A DNA stretch of 64,000 nt from Octopus sinensis (Eukaryota), in NCBI RefSeq assembly GCF_006345805.1, contig NC_043007.1, forward strand, positions 62,062,001 through 62,126,000, in the 5' to 3' direction. The notes beneath the pieces were generated by a model. The model was not told the DNA's origin. It saw nothing but the letters and a program-made list of their open reading frames with translations, and did no database searches. A program made the translations under genes and the position numbers. Positions 38,701 to 47,895 of the stretch are shown here, piece after piece; the stretch's first letter is position 1; the number at the start of each line of letters is the position of its first letter.

Positions 38701-41700
38701 CATGGCCACAGTCAAATGACTGAAACAAGTAAAAGAGTAATGGATAATACAGCAAAATGTTTCAAAATTGATGAAAATGTATTTGTTAGGGCATATAAGA
38801 ATGGAAAACAAAGTTGGAAAGACAGCATGATTACCAAACACATAGGAAAATGCTATACTTGGTAATTTTCAATTACCAATGCCACTAAAAATAATGGAAT
38901 CCAGACACACAAACAACAGAAAATGTACAGAGTTCCTGGAAGTGGATGCCAAATGAAAAACATTAAATTTGCAACTGTATATAAAAAAGAAAAAAACTCA
39001 AAAAAGAGAGGTGGGGTGATGTAAAAATTATTGTTAATAAAAAGAAATAAAATTACCCTCCCTGAGAAATAATAAATCTTAAAAGGGGAGATGTTATGGG
39101 GATAATAATAATAATGGAACACCCCACCCACATGTCGAGTGGTATGTGCTTGTCATTACAAATACTGTAATGTAGGAAGTCGAGTTGTCGAGAAGTCGGC
39201 AAAGTTGGTCATACATAGTTGTGTCTTACTTATCTAACTAACTACACTGCTATACCAGAGTGGACGTTACAACAGTTTCTATCTACTAAGTCTATTTACA
39301 AGACTTTGGTCAGCCCAAGGCTATAGTAGAAGATACTTTCCCAAGGTACCATGCAGTGGGATTGAACCTGAAGCCATATAGTTGGGAACGGAGCTTCTTA
39401 TCAAACACACACACATATATCATTGGTTTCTAATTTAAGCATATAATCAGCAATTTTGAGGGACAGGGTTAATCAACACCATCAGCCCAGTACTTGATGG
39501 TTAGTTTATTTTATTGAACCCAGAGGGATGAAAGACAAAAGATGACCCGGACAAGATTTGAACCCAGAACAAAAAGAACTGTAAATTCTGCAAAGCACTT
39601 TTACCAGTGCACTAATGATTAAGCTAGCTCACCAGGACCAAATATGTTAGAAACTCACTTTTGAATTCAACCAAGAAGAGTAAGGACACCATGCTTGCCT
39701 AGAAATGTGTCCCTCCCCAGCCTCACTTTGTTTTCTCATAACTTTCAGAAAAATAAATATTTTTTAATGCAATTTTCTGCAAATACCATTCAGATGTTGT
39801 ACATTACAATTTTTAAAATGTTTAGAAAATGGTAGGCATGTCACATACATAATGACACACATCACGTATATATAGGTCATCATCAACTTATGACTACAAT
39901 TAATTCCAACTGATTGCTCATAAGTCAGCCTATAAGGCCTGCATAGCTTTGTTTTAGATTTTTACATTCTTAAGGTATATTCTCAGGTAAAAGTCACACA
40001 CAGCATTCTGTATTATACTACAACAGTATTATTTGTACTTAGAAAAGTACCAAGGAATGCAAACACAAGAAATACACAATGTAGTGTTAAGAAACAGTTG
40101 CAAAACTTGCATAAAAATTTGTTGTAGACTGGAGCTTGTTTGTTCCTTCTCGAGTCATGCCTGGCTCATAAGGGCCAGTTTCCCAGTTTCCTTGGTGTAT
40201 AGGTTCTCCACCTGGAAGGGATGCTGGTCCGTTGCAGGTGAGATGCAAGATGCAGGAGGAAAGAGCGAGAGAAAGTTGTGGCGAAAGAATCAGCAGAAGT
40301 TCCCCATTACCTTCTGCTGGAGCCGCGTGGAGCTTAGGTGTTTTGCTCATAAACACACACATCACCTGGTCTGAGATTTGAACCCGCGATCCCTCGACCA
40401 CGAGTCCACTACTCTAACCACTAGGCCATGTGCCTCCACTAGACTGGAGTTGGCTGTGGATCTTCAATATCGTATGCTGAGGCAACAGTTGTAGCTGGAG
40501 TTGATAGCTTGATAAACATGGTGAGATTTGTCTTATTTCTTTTTCTATTCATAAATTTCACAATATGGACAAAACACATCATGTGCCATCCATTCAATCC
40601 TTGCAAATAGTTCAATGTTTGGGTCCATTACTTCAAAGTGTGCAAGAAGTTTATTCAGTTGAAATAAACCTTCTGATAATTCTTTTGTAGTGAAACTCCT
40701 TTCTGGCACCTCCTCGTCTTTCTCCACTTCCTTCTTTTCTTCCTCCATGCATTCTTTTTCTAATTCAATAAGCTCTTCATTTGTAAGTTCTTCAGATTTT
40801 TGGTCTAGCAAATCTTCAATATCTTCCACTTCATACTCTAGAGAAAGGTCTTTAGCCAGTCTTTCCCATTTCTAGTTCATGTTCACTATTAAATCCATCA
40901 GCAGTGTCAACAAAGCATTTTCCAGACACCACTTTCACATTGGGACAAAGATCCAATAGATGAGATGGATGTCCAGGTGCATTATCCAGAAGCAATAAAA
41001 TCTTGAAAGGAATTCCTCTCGCCAAACAATATCCACAAACTAGAGGAATAAAACAATTCAGAAACCAATTTTCAAGTAGTCTTCGTGTCATCCAAGCTTT
41101 AGGCTAAAAACAAAAGTAGACAAGTAATGTGAGCTTATCTACATTCTTCAATGCACGCGTATTTTCTGAGTGGTAAATTAAGAAAGGTTTCAGCTTAAAC
41201 CCTGCAATGTTCCCACCAAGCAGTAGAGTCAGCTTGTCATTAAATGCTTTAAATCCAGGCATGCATTTGGCTTCCTTGTTGATGTAAGCGCGTGCTGGTA
41301 TATTTCCAAAACACTCCTGTATTATCCATGTTAAAAATCTGCTCTGCTAGATAGCCTTCATCCATGATTATTTTGTTCAAATAGCTAATAAACTTACCAA
41401 CTGCTTCCTCATCTGCACTCACCATTTCTCCAGTCACTCAAACATAATAAAGTAGGAATCTTTCTTTAAATTTTTCGAACCAGTCAGTACTTGCTAAAAA
41501 TTCTTGACTGTATTCTTTTCCAGAACGCTCCTTTAGAGTCTGAAATAGATTATTGGCCTTCAACTGCACAGTAAAAAGACTTAATGGTTTCCATTTTTGG
41601 ATCTGATCTTCAATCCAAATTTGTAGCAATTTTTCCATTTCATGAATGAGCCCAGTCTGCTGCTTTGCTATAACTGTAGATCGCACGGGTGTTGAACCTT

Positions 41701-44189
41701 TCACAGCTTCACAAATCCTTTCTTTATCCTTCAAAATTGTCGAAACAGTAGAGTGTTATAACTTCAGTTCATGTGTGATTTCATTCACTTTCTTTCTTCC
41801 TTCGAACTGTCGAATCATCATCATTTCTGTGTTGAGGTCGCTGGCCTTCATTTGCTTCTTGGCAGTTTGAGGAGCAAATGAAGACAATTTCCTCTTTGTA
41901 GACATTCTAGGGGATATTTTTTTTTTTAAATATCAAAGACAAGACACACAGAGTCACCAGAAGAGTCACACTCTATCAAGCCTGGAGTTAGTCAAAAGCT
42001 TAGGTGTCTCAAGCAGTTGTCTTATAAACAAATGAGGTTGCCTCAATGTCTCCACGACAGGATATTAATGCAACACTTGGGATAACCACAGTGGCGATTG
42101 ATAACCAAACCAAGAGTAAGCGTTTGTTAGCTGATATCATCTGTAGACAGATTAATTTCTAGGAAATTTTCAGTCAAATCGTCCAACCCATGCTAGCATG
42201 GAATGTGGACGTTAAATGATGATGATGATGAGTAAATAGTGCTACGGTTAGAAGAATGATGGAGGGATGGGTATTAAACCCATTAGATTTCAACTGGACT
42301 ATTTATTATTGCTGCCAGGAGCTGGCGCACCAATCATCATAAAGTCGATTGGCCGTCAGTGAGATAGGTTGTAAGCGACCTCAACACAAAAATGATGATG
42401 ATTCGACAGTACGAAGGAAGAAAGAAAGTGAATGAGATCACACATGAACTGAAGTTATAACACTCTACTGTTTCGACAATTTTGGAAAAAATTGTGATGT
42501 GTATCAGTATGTAAGTGTTTGCACCCACCAGCTTTTCTGATTGTCACATTAAATTCTTATAAATCTAACCAATCTGAAAGGTATTTGTAGAAGATTTCAT
42601 TAAAAAATATCCATTTTTCTGAAAGTTATGAAGTAACAAAGTTGGTGGGGGAGGGCGACCTCAGTCTCCCATACAAGGGTGACCATCTAGTTGCATGTGG
42701 GCAGAGTTTCTGATACGGGCGTCCACATACGTTGGATTTTCTGTTTTGACGGAGTTCTTTCCATAGTTCCCCCCACCCCACAGCCTTGGAGAGGATGGGA
42801 AGGGGGTAACTTTTTATGAAAAATTGTGAAAAGTAATGATTTTTTTCACTACCCACGATTCCCAGGACCGATTTTGGCCAATTTTTTTACACTACATACT
42901 TAAAAACGATGGGAAAAACCTCTTCGGTAAAAAAGAAAAAAATTGCAAGTATTTTCAAACGAAAAGCTAAATCATAAAACATTATATAATAGGACTATTA
43001 GGGTCAGTTTGCCGTACATCAATTTGGAATCGATAAAATAAAATAAAATATCAATCGAAGTGCGGAACAAGTGTTAATAACATCGACTGACTCTTCGCCC
43101 CAACCCACTTTTAAAAACTGGCTGGTCTTGCACTTAAATTAGAAAACATTATTTTGCATTAAATATTTAATGTTTTAACTTATATAACTACATTTTTCTT
43201 CCCACTCAGAAATGCATGTTGTTCCACGTTTTCCACTCGTTTTATTCCAAATTGAGAACGAAAGTAAAGAATACTCACACCACTGTCTTCGGAGGTTAAG
43301 GCTAAGTTAGGGCTACGCCGAAAACGGGTGGTGTGCATATTCTTTACCTCCACCAAAGATTCCTTGTAAACTTAGTCTGTAGACTGACTCGATACCATAA
43401 TTATGTCCTTGAAGTAAGGGATACACGATTGTTTGTTTTCTTTTTGTTTTTTGTTGTCTTTTTCATATAAATATAAGAATGTGTACATTGTGTCATTAAA
43501 AACACACACAAACGTGTAGTACGTACACCCGGTGTTTAAGGTTAGGGTTAGGTTTTTGTTACGCCGAAAACGGGTGGTGTACGTATTCATTAACTTCGCC
43601 GAATTTTTAACAAAAAAAAAAAAAGGTGATCGGTAAATATGACATTAATATATATTACATCTGGAAATTAAGGCAGACGTTTTGGACTTTTTCTATGGAT
43701 AGCGAAAACTATACGAACCTCCAGACTTGCTGGACGAGATTTAAGAAACCGCTCGAATAACAGCCAAAACAACAGTAATAAAGCATGCATATCAAATAAT
43801 GATAGAGCGTGGTATCTTAGATAATATTTTGTTCCATATGCATTTTGTATTACAAGCTAATATACCGCTGTGTAGTTTGTTTTAACAGAACATCCACGTT
43901 TAAACGGGGGTAAATATTTCCTTCCAAATAATATTTAGTATATCCACTACACAAGTAAATTGTCAAAAAAAATATTTATTAGTATAGAGTTTCAGAGATA
44001 CATATGAAAACATAGCGACGGTAAAGTGAACAACTCATTGAAATATGTGCATTAAAGAGTTTAACAAAGAATAACAATGAAATGAATTAAGCCGAAAGAT
44101 TACTCGAATATGTGTATATAAACATAAAATAGCGCGGGAAATAAGCAGCATTAAACTTACTTTTGTGTATTGTTCTGAATATGATCCAT
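2316..44189 (-). CDS. ABCD4: ABCD4 (ABC transporter D4, lysosomal cobalamin exporter), coding exons 1-6; gene continues past the left edge. join(44161-44189,21501-21619,14666-14793,11009-11148,8387-8503,2316-2441)
   Basis: Spliced frame is open for 659 nt: [30 protein letters not shown]...[23 protein letters not shown]...[21 protein letters not shown]...[13 protein letters not shown]...[10 protein letters not shown]...[11 protein letters not shown]...KEKLEGDFR. This matches human ABCD4 motifs [27 protein letters not shown] and QEKLEGDFR. All introns GT-AG with compatible phases. Confidence 0.95.
3452..3868. mobile_element. Two copies of a tRNA-derived SINE in inverted orientation (3452-3620 +, 3705-3868 -) around a (CA/TA)n spacer
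   Basis: Both match the family head GGCGCAGGAGTGGCTGTGTGGTAAG...GGTTCAGTCCCACTG...GGATTTGGTAGACAGAAACTGAAAGA seen at 38363 and 47471. Confidence 0.85.
4078..4646 (+). mobile_element. mariner transposon 3' fragment (pseudogene)
   Basis: With frameshifts reads [12 protein letters not shown]...[11 protein letters not shown]...[18 protein letters not shown]...[16 protein letters not shown]; terminal sequence ending ...CAGACAACCTAATA. Confidence 0.85.
5330..6420 (-). mobile_element. CR1/L2-group LINE 3' fragment, degraded
   Basis: Consecutive minus ORFs: [25 protein letters not shown]...[17 protein letters not shown]...[17 protein letters not shown]. Confidence 0.75.
8387..8503 (-). CDS. ABCD4: ABCD4 exon 5 (117 bp)
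   Basis: ttgttcag|A GAC CAA CGT...GTA AT|gtaagt; [38 protein letters not shown]. Confidence 0.95.
8650..8867. mobile_element. mariner-type MITE, TA TSD
   Basis: TA|CAAGAAGATGCTGAAAAGTTCCTGGC ... GCCAGGAACTGTTCAGCATCCCCTCA|TA. Confidence 0.75.
8880..10310 (-). mobile_element. HERO/NeSL-like non-LTR retrotransposon fragment (restriction-like endonuclease end), degraded
   Basis: [25 protein letters not shown] and [22 protein letters not shown]...[10 protein letters not shown], the PD..(D/E) RLE region. Confidence 0.7.
11009..11148 (-). CDS. ABCD4: ABCD4 exon 4 (140 bp)
   Basis: catttcag|ATA AGT...GAC AAT CC|gtaagt; [46 protein letters not shown](P). Not in the supplied ORF track. Confidence 0.95.
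11277..11476. mobile_element. piggyBac-like MITE (TTAA TSD)
   Basis: TTAA|GCCCTTTG...AAAAGGG|TTAA; interior resembles 24125-24346 in opposite orientation. Confidence 0.6.
11799..12111. mobile_element. Palindromic pair of Penelope-like terminal repeats with degenerate hammerhead cores
   Basis: Arms 11799-11940 and 11972-12111 are reverse complements around (ATT)n(ACA)n; each arm has CTGNTRA...CAGCC-RAAAC-GTT-GTGT. Confidence 0.65.
12420..13390 (-). mobile_element. Second HERO/NeSL-like element 3' fragment
   Basis: [30 protein letters not shown]...VVLLEP (RLE domain), upstream TLHIMSWTWKVEHH/C-x2-C-like region; same type as 8880-10310. Confidence 0.7.
14666..14793 (-). CDS. ABCD4: ABCD4 exon 3 (128 bp)
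   Basis: cctttcag|AA CAA TTT...GCT TTT|gtacgt; (E)[42 protein letters not shown]. Confidence 0.95.
15575..17073 (+). mobile_element. Non-autonomous Helitron retaining the PIF1-type helicase C-terminus (15588-15921)
   Basis: A|TC...CTAG|T termini, 3' hairpin CCCAGGCAATGCCAGG; [20 protein letters not shown]...PFNFRRL / [35 protein letters not shown]...NVVYSEVL*. Confidence 0.9.
17288..17500. mobile_element. piggyBac-like MITE
   Basis: TTAA|CCCTTTAGCATT...; same family as 22998-23197, opposite orientation. Confidence 0.55.
17542..21074 (-). mobile_element. pogo (POGK-like) DNA transposon, 3.5 kb, TA TSD
   Basis: TA|CCATAAAAACCCATGCAATTTATGCAC and GTGCACAAAGTACATGAGTTTTTACAG|TA (21/27 inverted match); transposase pseudogene inside. 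Confidence 0.85.
18338..19640 (-). pseudogene. pogo transposase pseudogene (Brinker-like DBD, Tc5 HTH, DDE_1)
   Basis: MGRTY*...[10 protein letters not shown]...[10 protein letters not shown]...; NADQTL...[26 protein letters not shown]...[10 protein letters not shown]...[12 protein letters not shown]; acidic tail; several stops and frameshifts. Confidence 0.9.
21501..21619 (-). CDS. ABCD4: ABCD4 exon 2 (119 bp)
   Basis: atttgcag|G CTC AAG TTT...ATG TTA G|gtaggt; [39 protein letters not shown](E). Confidence 0.93.
22998..23197. mobile_element. piggyBac-like MITE
   Basis: TTAA|CTCTTAGC...GCTAAAGAG|TTAA. Confidence 0.6.
24125..24346. mobile_element. piggyBac-like MITE
   Basis: TTAA|CCCTTTCGTTACC...GGTAACAAAAAGGG|TTAA. 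Confidence 0.75.
26809..28160 (-). mobile_element. mariner element with rearranged interior (inverted copy of its own 5' end at 27264-27380)
   Basis: TIRs TA|CGAAGATTGGCTGAAAAGTCCATAGG and CCTATCAACTTTTCAGCCCAACCTTG|TA; fragments EDDPMSGCP...[24 protein letters not shown]...[24 protein letters not shown]. Confidence 0.85.
28992..29044 (-). CDS. ABCD4: Candidate alternative ATG-bearing exon of ABCD4 ([18 protein letters not shown])
   Basis: Donor GG|GTAAGT in phase 2, in frame with exon 2; local CpG retention; possible acceptor ttacag| before 29176. No homology support. Confidence 0.35.
30530..31960 (-). mobile_element. Gag/ORF1-like non-LTR element relic with zinc knuckle; no ORF2 visible
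   Basis: Broken ORFs 31627-31839, 31391-31627, 30989-31231 ([14 protein letters not shown]...VMVEGRRP) then [14 protein letters not shown] (CCHC with C>Y); abuts a mariner fragment ([23 protein letters not shown]) at ~30450-30530. Confidence 0.65.
32463..32880 (-). mobile_element. Tc1 3'-end fragment
   Basis: TIR CAGGGGTTGAACAAAATAATGGAAACAC resembles the right end of the 45331-46563 Tc1; [15 protein letters not shown] on the minus strand. Confidence 0.75.
33440..34060 (-). mobile_element. Ty3/Gypsy gag fragment, degraded
   Basis: [23 protein letters not shown]...[18 protein letters not shown], homologous to the plus-strand gag starting ~34580. Confidence 0.7.
34120..34540 (+). mobile_element. 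tRNA-derived SINE
   Basis: GGTGCAGAAGTGGCTGTATGGTAAG...GGTTCAGTCCC...CAGTCAAATGACTGAAA. Confidence 0.85.
35921..36153 (-). mobile_element. Young tRNA-derived SINE with 12-bp TSD inserted in Gypsy RT
   Basis: TSD ATGTAATGTACC at 35909-35920 and 36154-36165; removing it restores [22 protein letters not shown]; head GGCGGCGAGCTGGCAGAAACGTTAG...GTTCAAATTCC. Confidence 0.92.
38363..38739 (+). mobile_element. tRNA-derived SINE, near full length
   Basis: GGCGCAGGAGTGGCTGCGTGGTAAG...GAAACAAGTAAAAGAG. Confidence 0.9.
40030..41940 (-). mobile_element. Tigger (TIGD1-like) transposon, transposase pseudogene from ATG 41905 to ~40545
   Basis: [10 protein letters not shown]...[14 protein letters not shown]...[13 protein letters not shown]...[12 protein letters not shown]...[13 protein letters not shown]...[12 protein letters not shown]; stops, frameshifts and a deletion. 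Termini not resolved. Confidence 0.85.
40135..40439 (-). mobile_element. tRNA-derived SINE (third family) with 10-bp TSD
   Basis: TSD TAGACTGGAG at 40125-40134 and 40440-40449; head GTGGAGGCACATGGCCTAGTGGTTAGAG...GGGTTCAAATCTC. Confidence 0.9.
43264..43590. repeat. Two tiny hairpin elements (43264-43347, ~43520-43590) with TTAGGG-like cores
   Basis: Shared 21-mer TACGCCGAAAACGGGTGGTGT; unit 1 GTAAAGAATA...TATTCTTTAC inverted ends; cores GTTAAGGCTAAGTTAGGG and AAGGTTAGGGTTAGG. Confidence 0.7.
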
Positions 44190-44700
44190 TTCGTAAAGAG
44201 ACGCAAAATGAGAAACATGGGAATGGGCTAACAATCGACCTCTGCCGAGAGATTTAAAAGGGTGGCGATGGAGCAGAAACAATAGTGTCGAAGCAACTAC
44301 CTATCAGTATTTAAATGCACCGCATTACATATTTTCAGATTAGCCGAGGTACTCTCTCAAATAAGACGACGTGCAATGGGAAACACCTTAAACCAAAATA
44401 TTAAAAAAACAAAACACCCAGGTTTTGATAAAACACGCTTTTTTTTTTTAATTTTCCCCTTCCCTACACTTTTTTTTTTTTTTTACAAAAAATACGAAGA
44501 TTGTGAATCTGGATTAAAAAAATGTTTTTAATTTCAAATTTTCTAACAAAACACCCCATGTCGATTCTCCCTACCCTTTCCCGCTTTCCAACGTGTTGGG
44601 GGATCTACATATGCGCATGCGTAGACTCTTCAGAGCAGACGAAAAAGTATCAAGCCCTCACCAGAAAATGCTAGAAATAACTGCTAGATGTCAGGGAAAT
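43600..44700 (-). promoter_or_regulatory. ABCD4: CpG-rich promoter/first-exon region of ABCD4
   Basis: CpG-rich non-repetitive sequence around the phase-2 donor at 44160; NRF1-like palindrome TCTACATATGCGCATGCGTAGA at 44604-44625. Confidence 0.6.
44161..44189 (-). CDS. ABCD4: ABCD4 probable first coding exon ([10 protein letters not shown])
   Basis: ATG GAT CAT ATT CAG AAC AAT ACA CAA AA|gtaagt, phase 2, joins exon 2 in frame; lies in the CpG-rich region. Too short for homology support. Confidence 0.6.
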
Positions 44701-44960
44701 ATCTTTTCATCAGCTTAACGACACTTTCTTTTTGACGGGTGGAGGTCTTTTCTGTTTAGATTTAACTTTGTGAAAATTTTCAAATTTTCGAATTTGATGC
44801 TATTATGCACTTGTTATTCACTGCTATTCACTTCCATATCTATTTTAGTTTCGTGTTATTTCCTTGGAAATAGCAAATAATTCGTACTGAAAACTTCGTT
44901 AATTATGTTGTATTTATACTGTTGATCCGCAGCGAACCTCTGCGTGTGTGTGTGTGTGTG

Positions 44961-45252
44961 TCTTCTATTATATAAATCCGTTCTGTCTGTCTGCATGTGT
45001 GTCTTCTAGGATCTCGGGCATCCTCCATCCGATTGCGCTCAAATTTGATATGTAGATACCGACGGTATCAGGGCGTGTATACGTTTTGAAAAAATTACAA
45101 AAATCGATTCCAGGTGAGAGTGCGATCGATAAAGCATTCTTTGGAATAGAAAAAATGTCTATCTTTATTTCTTCTTTTGCTGGTGTCTCAAATTTAGGGT
45201 AAATCAGTGTTTCTTAAAGGGGAGGCCTATGGGACGGTCGGCGTTTTGCTCG
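44961..45252 (+). mobile_element. Short non-autonomous Helitron
   Basis: 5' TCTTCTATTATATAAATCCGTTCTGTCTGTC, 3' GC-rich hairpin GCCTATGGGACGGTCGGC then CTCG|T. Confidence 0.65.
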
Positions 45253-45313
<61 letters not shown>

Positions 45314-45330
45314 ATATGTATGTATATATA

Positions 45331-46563
45331 CAGTGATTAGACAAATTAATTGGAACAGTAGAAATTTCACTCCAATATTTCGACGTGCCATTATACTACG
45401 AATATCCATCCAAATTTCATTGTTTTTGTTTGTTTGTCTGTTTTTGTAGCTGGTTTTATTTAACTAATTTAATGATTATTTCTATCTCCTTTTTTTATTT
45501 ATTTTGTAGATCGTAGTATAAATTAAGCTAAGTTGCGTGACCTCACTGAGTTCGAAAAAGAGCAAATTGTTGGAGCTCGAATGGCAGGAGCTTCCGTCAC
45601 CAGAACAGCTGAACTACTTGCTTTTTCGAAAGCTATCATATCAAGGACTATGACTGAATTTGAGAAGCAGGGCAAAACCTCCAGCAGGAGGAATAAGTCC
45701 AGCAGGACTTCGAAGCTCACTGAAAGAGACCGACGTGTGTTGAATCGCATTATGATGAAAAATCATCGGAAAACTGCCTCTAAAGTGACTGCAGGGTTGA
45801 ATCAACATTTGACTAGCCCAGTTTCGACCAAAATTTCGCTCAATGAAACCGGATATCTTGGAAGAGCCGCCATTAGAAAACCTCTGATTTCTCACCAAAA
45901 CATGCATAAAATGCTGAACTGGTGTAGAGATCACAAGGGCTCCGATGAATCCAGTCTTTCTCTTTTCCCCACTGCAGGGCGAGTTTATGTGTAGAGGCAG
46001 CCCGGAGAAGCTTTTAATCTTGACTGCCTTCTTCGTACAGTGAAGCACAGAGGAGGGTCCGTGATGGTTTGGGTATTCATTTCTGGGAATTCCCTTGGTC
46101 CAATCATGGTAGGATCAACAGCAATGATTATTTGAATATTTTGGGAAATCAAGTCCTTCCCATTGTCCAGACATTATTCCCTGATGGTGAGTATAGTTTC
46201 TAAGATGACAATACGCCAGTACACACCTCTCATGTGGTTAAGAATTGGTATCAAGAGCATAGCAGTAAGCTACAACACCTGGAATGGTCCCCTCAATCTC
46301 CAGTTTTTAATATCATTGAGCCTCTGTGGTGCATCTTGGAGCGACAAGTTAGAAGTCGTTACCCCCACCGTCGTATCTGCAACAGCTGTAGCAGGTTTTG
46401 CCGGAAGAATGGCTCAAGATTCCTCTCAATGAAGTCAGGAAACTGTATTAATTAATTCTTAGACGCATCAAAGCTGTTCAGAAAGCTAAAGGAGGACCAA
46501 CTCCATATTAAATAAATATTCATTGAATTTAACACGTGTCCCAATTATTTTGTCCAAACCCTG
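45331..46563 (+). mobile_element. Tc1 element, near full length, transposase disrupted (~45533-46490)
   Basis: Imperfect TIRs CAGTGATTAGACAAATTAATTGGAACA / TGTCCCAATTATTTTGTCCAAACCCTG; RDLTEFEKEQIVGARMAGASVTRTAELL...SDESSLSLF...TVKHRGGSVMVW...DNTPVH...WSPQSPVFNIIEPLW. Confidence 0.9.
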
Positions 46564-47470
46564 TGTATATATATATATTATAATATATATACGTTCGTTA
46601 GCTATTCACAGTGACTTTTCGCCACTGGCGTCACCAAATATGAACAATATCAATGATAAAGGTGCGAAGTTGTAATGACCTTTTGGACCTTGGCTCATGA
46701 GGAATTAGCTACGAATTTTCTGTTTATGTTTCTGTAAAGTTTTCCGCTTGTTATGTTTTTGTTAACTTTTTAAAATGTGAGAGTATGTGTGTGTGTGTGT
46801 CTGTCTGTCTGTCTGTCTGTCTGTTTGCTCCCTCACCATCGCTTGACATCCGATGTTGGCGTGTTTACGTCCCCATAACTTAGCAGTTCGGCAAAAGAGG
46901 CCGATAGAATAAGTACAAGGCTTACAAAGAATGAGCCTAATGACCTAAACAAGTAAAAGATTTTCTAAACTGGACTTCAACCATGATTTTCGAGCATGCA
47001 CACGGCAAATAAAATTGATTGATCACCTTTCTGAGATCTCAATATTGCCACAAGCTATTATCCTTTTGCGTTTGTATACAAATTGCATTTGATAACTCTT
47101 TCTACTATAGGTACAAGGCCTGAAATTTGATGGGCGGGGATTAGTCGATTGCAAAGATCCCAGTGTTCCACTAGTACTTCATTTATCGACCCCGAAAGGA
47201 TGAAGGGCAAAGTCGACTACGGCGGAATTTGAACTTAGGACGTAGCGACGGGCGAAATACCACTAAGTATTTCGTCCAGTGTACTCACAATTCTGCCAGT
47301 CGTCGCCTTTAGCAATTGATTAATAATGAAAACTTCAATTGTGTGCATTTATACAAAAGTATGGAAGATTTTTCCCGCCAAAGAACAAACCTGCGTCTCT
47401 ATGCGCGTTTATGTGCATGTGCGGGTAGGGAGTAGGCGTGTGTGCGCACGCAAGAAAAAACATTTACTGA

Positions 47471-47835
47471 GGCGCAGGAGTGGCTGTGTGGTAAGTAGTT
47501 TGCTTAACAACCACATGGTTCCGGGTTCAGTCCCACTGCGTGGCATCTTGGCCAAGTGTCTTCTACTATAGCCTCGGGCCAACCAAAGCTGAAAAATGCC
47601 TGTCGTATATATGTATATTTATGTGTGTGTGTCTGTGTTTGTCCCCCAACGTCGCTTGACAACCGATGCTGGTGTGTTTACGTCCCCGTAACTTAGCGGT
47701 TCAGCAAAAGAGTTCGATATAATAAGTACTAGGCTTACAAAGAATAAAACCTTGGGTTAATTTGCTCGACTAAAGGCGGTGCTCCAGCATGGCTGCAGTC
47801 AAATGACTGAAACAAGTAAAAGAGTAAAAGAAAAG
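47471..47835 (+). mobile_element. tRNA-derived SINE
   Basis: GGCGCAGGAGTGGCTGTGTGGTAAG...CAAGTAAAAGAGTAAAAG. Confidence 0.9.
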
Positions 47836-47895
47836 TACGCATAAATATTGTATAAAAATAAGTTATCTTTTAGATTCTATGTTTTCAATTCTCTA

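Larger units (their letters stand above)
34560..39274 (+). mobile_element. Degraded Ty3/Gypsy element (gag-PR-RT-RH-IN), 3' LTR 39092-39274, 5' LTR not found
   Basis: [21 protein letters not shown]; [10 protein letters not shown]; [13 protein letters not shown]; YLDDIL; LATDASDYG; [11 protein letters not shown]...C..C; VSDNGMQF; PPT AAAAGGGGAGA then TGTTATG...TTACAACA. Many stops; two SINE insertions. Confidence 0.9.

Noticed and set aside
40370-40439. tRNA genes at SINE heads (also 36080-36153, 56720-56789)
   Set aside because: Box A/B are present, but they run into SINE bodies (with TSDs at 35921-36153 and 40135-40439) and lack full cloverleaves.
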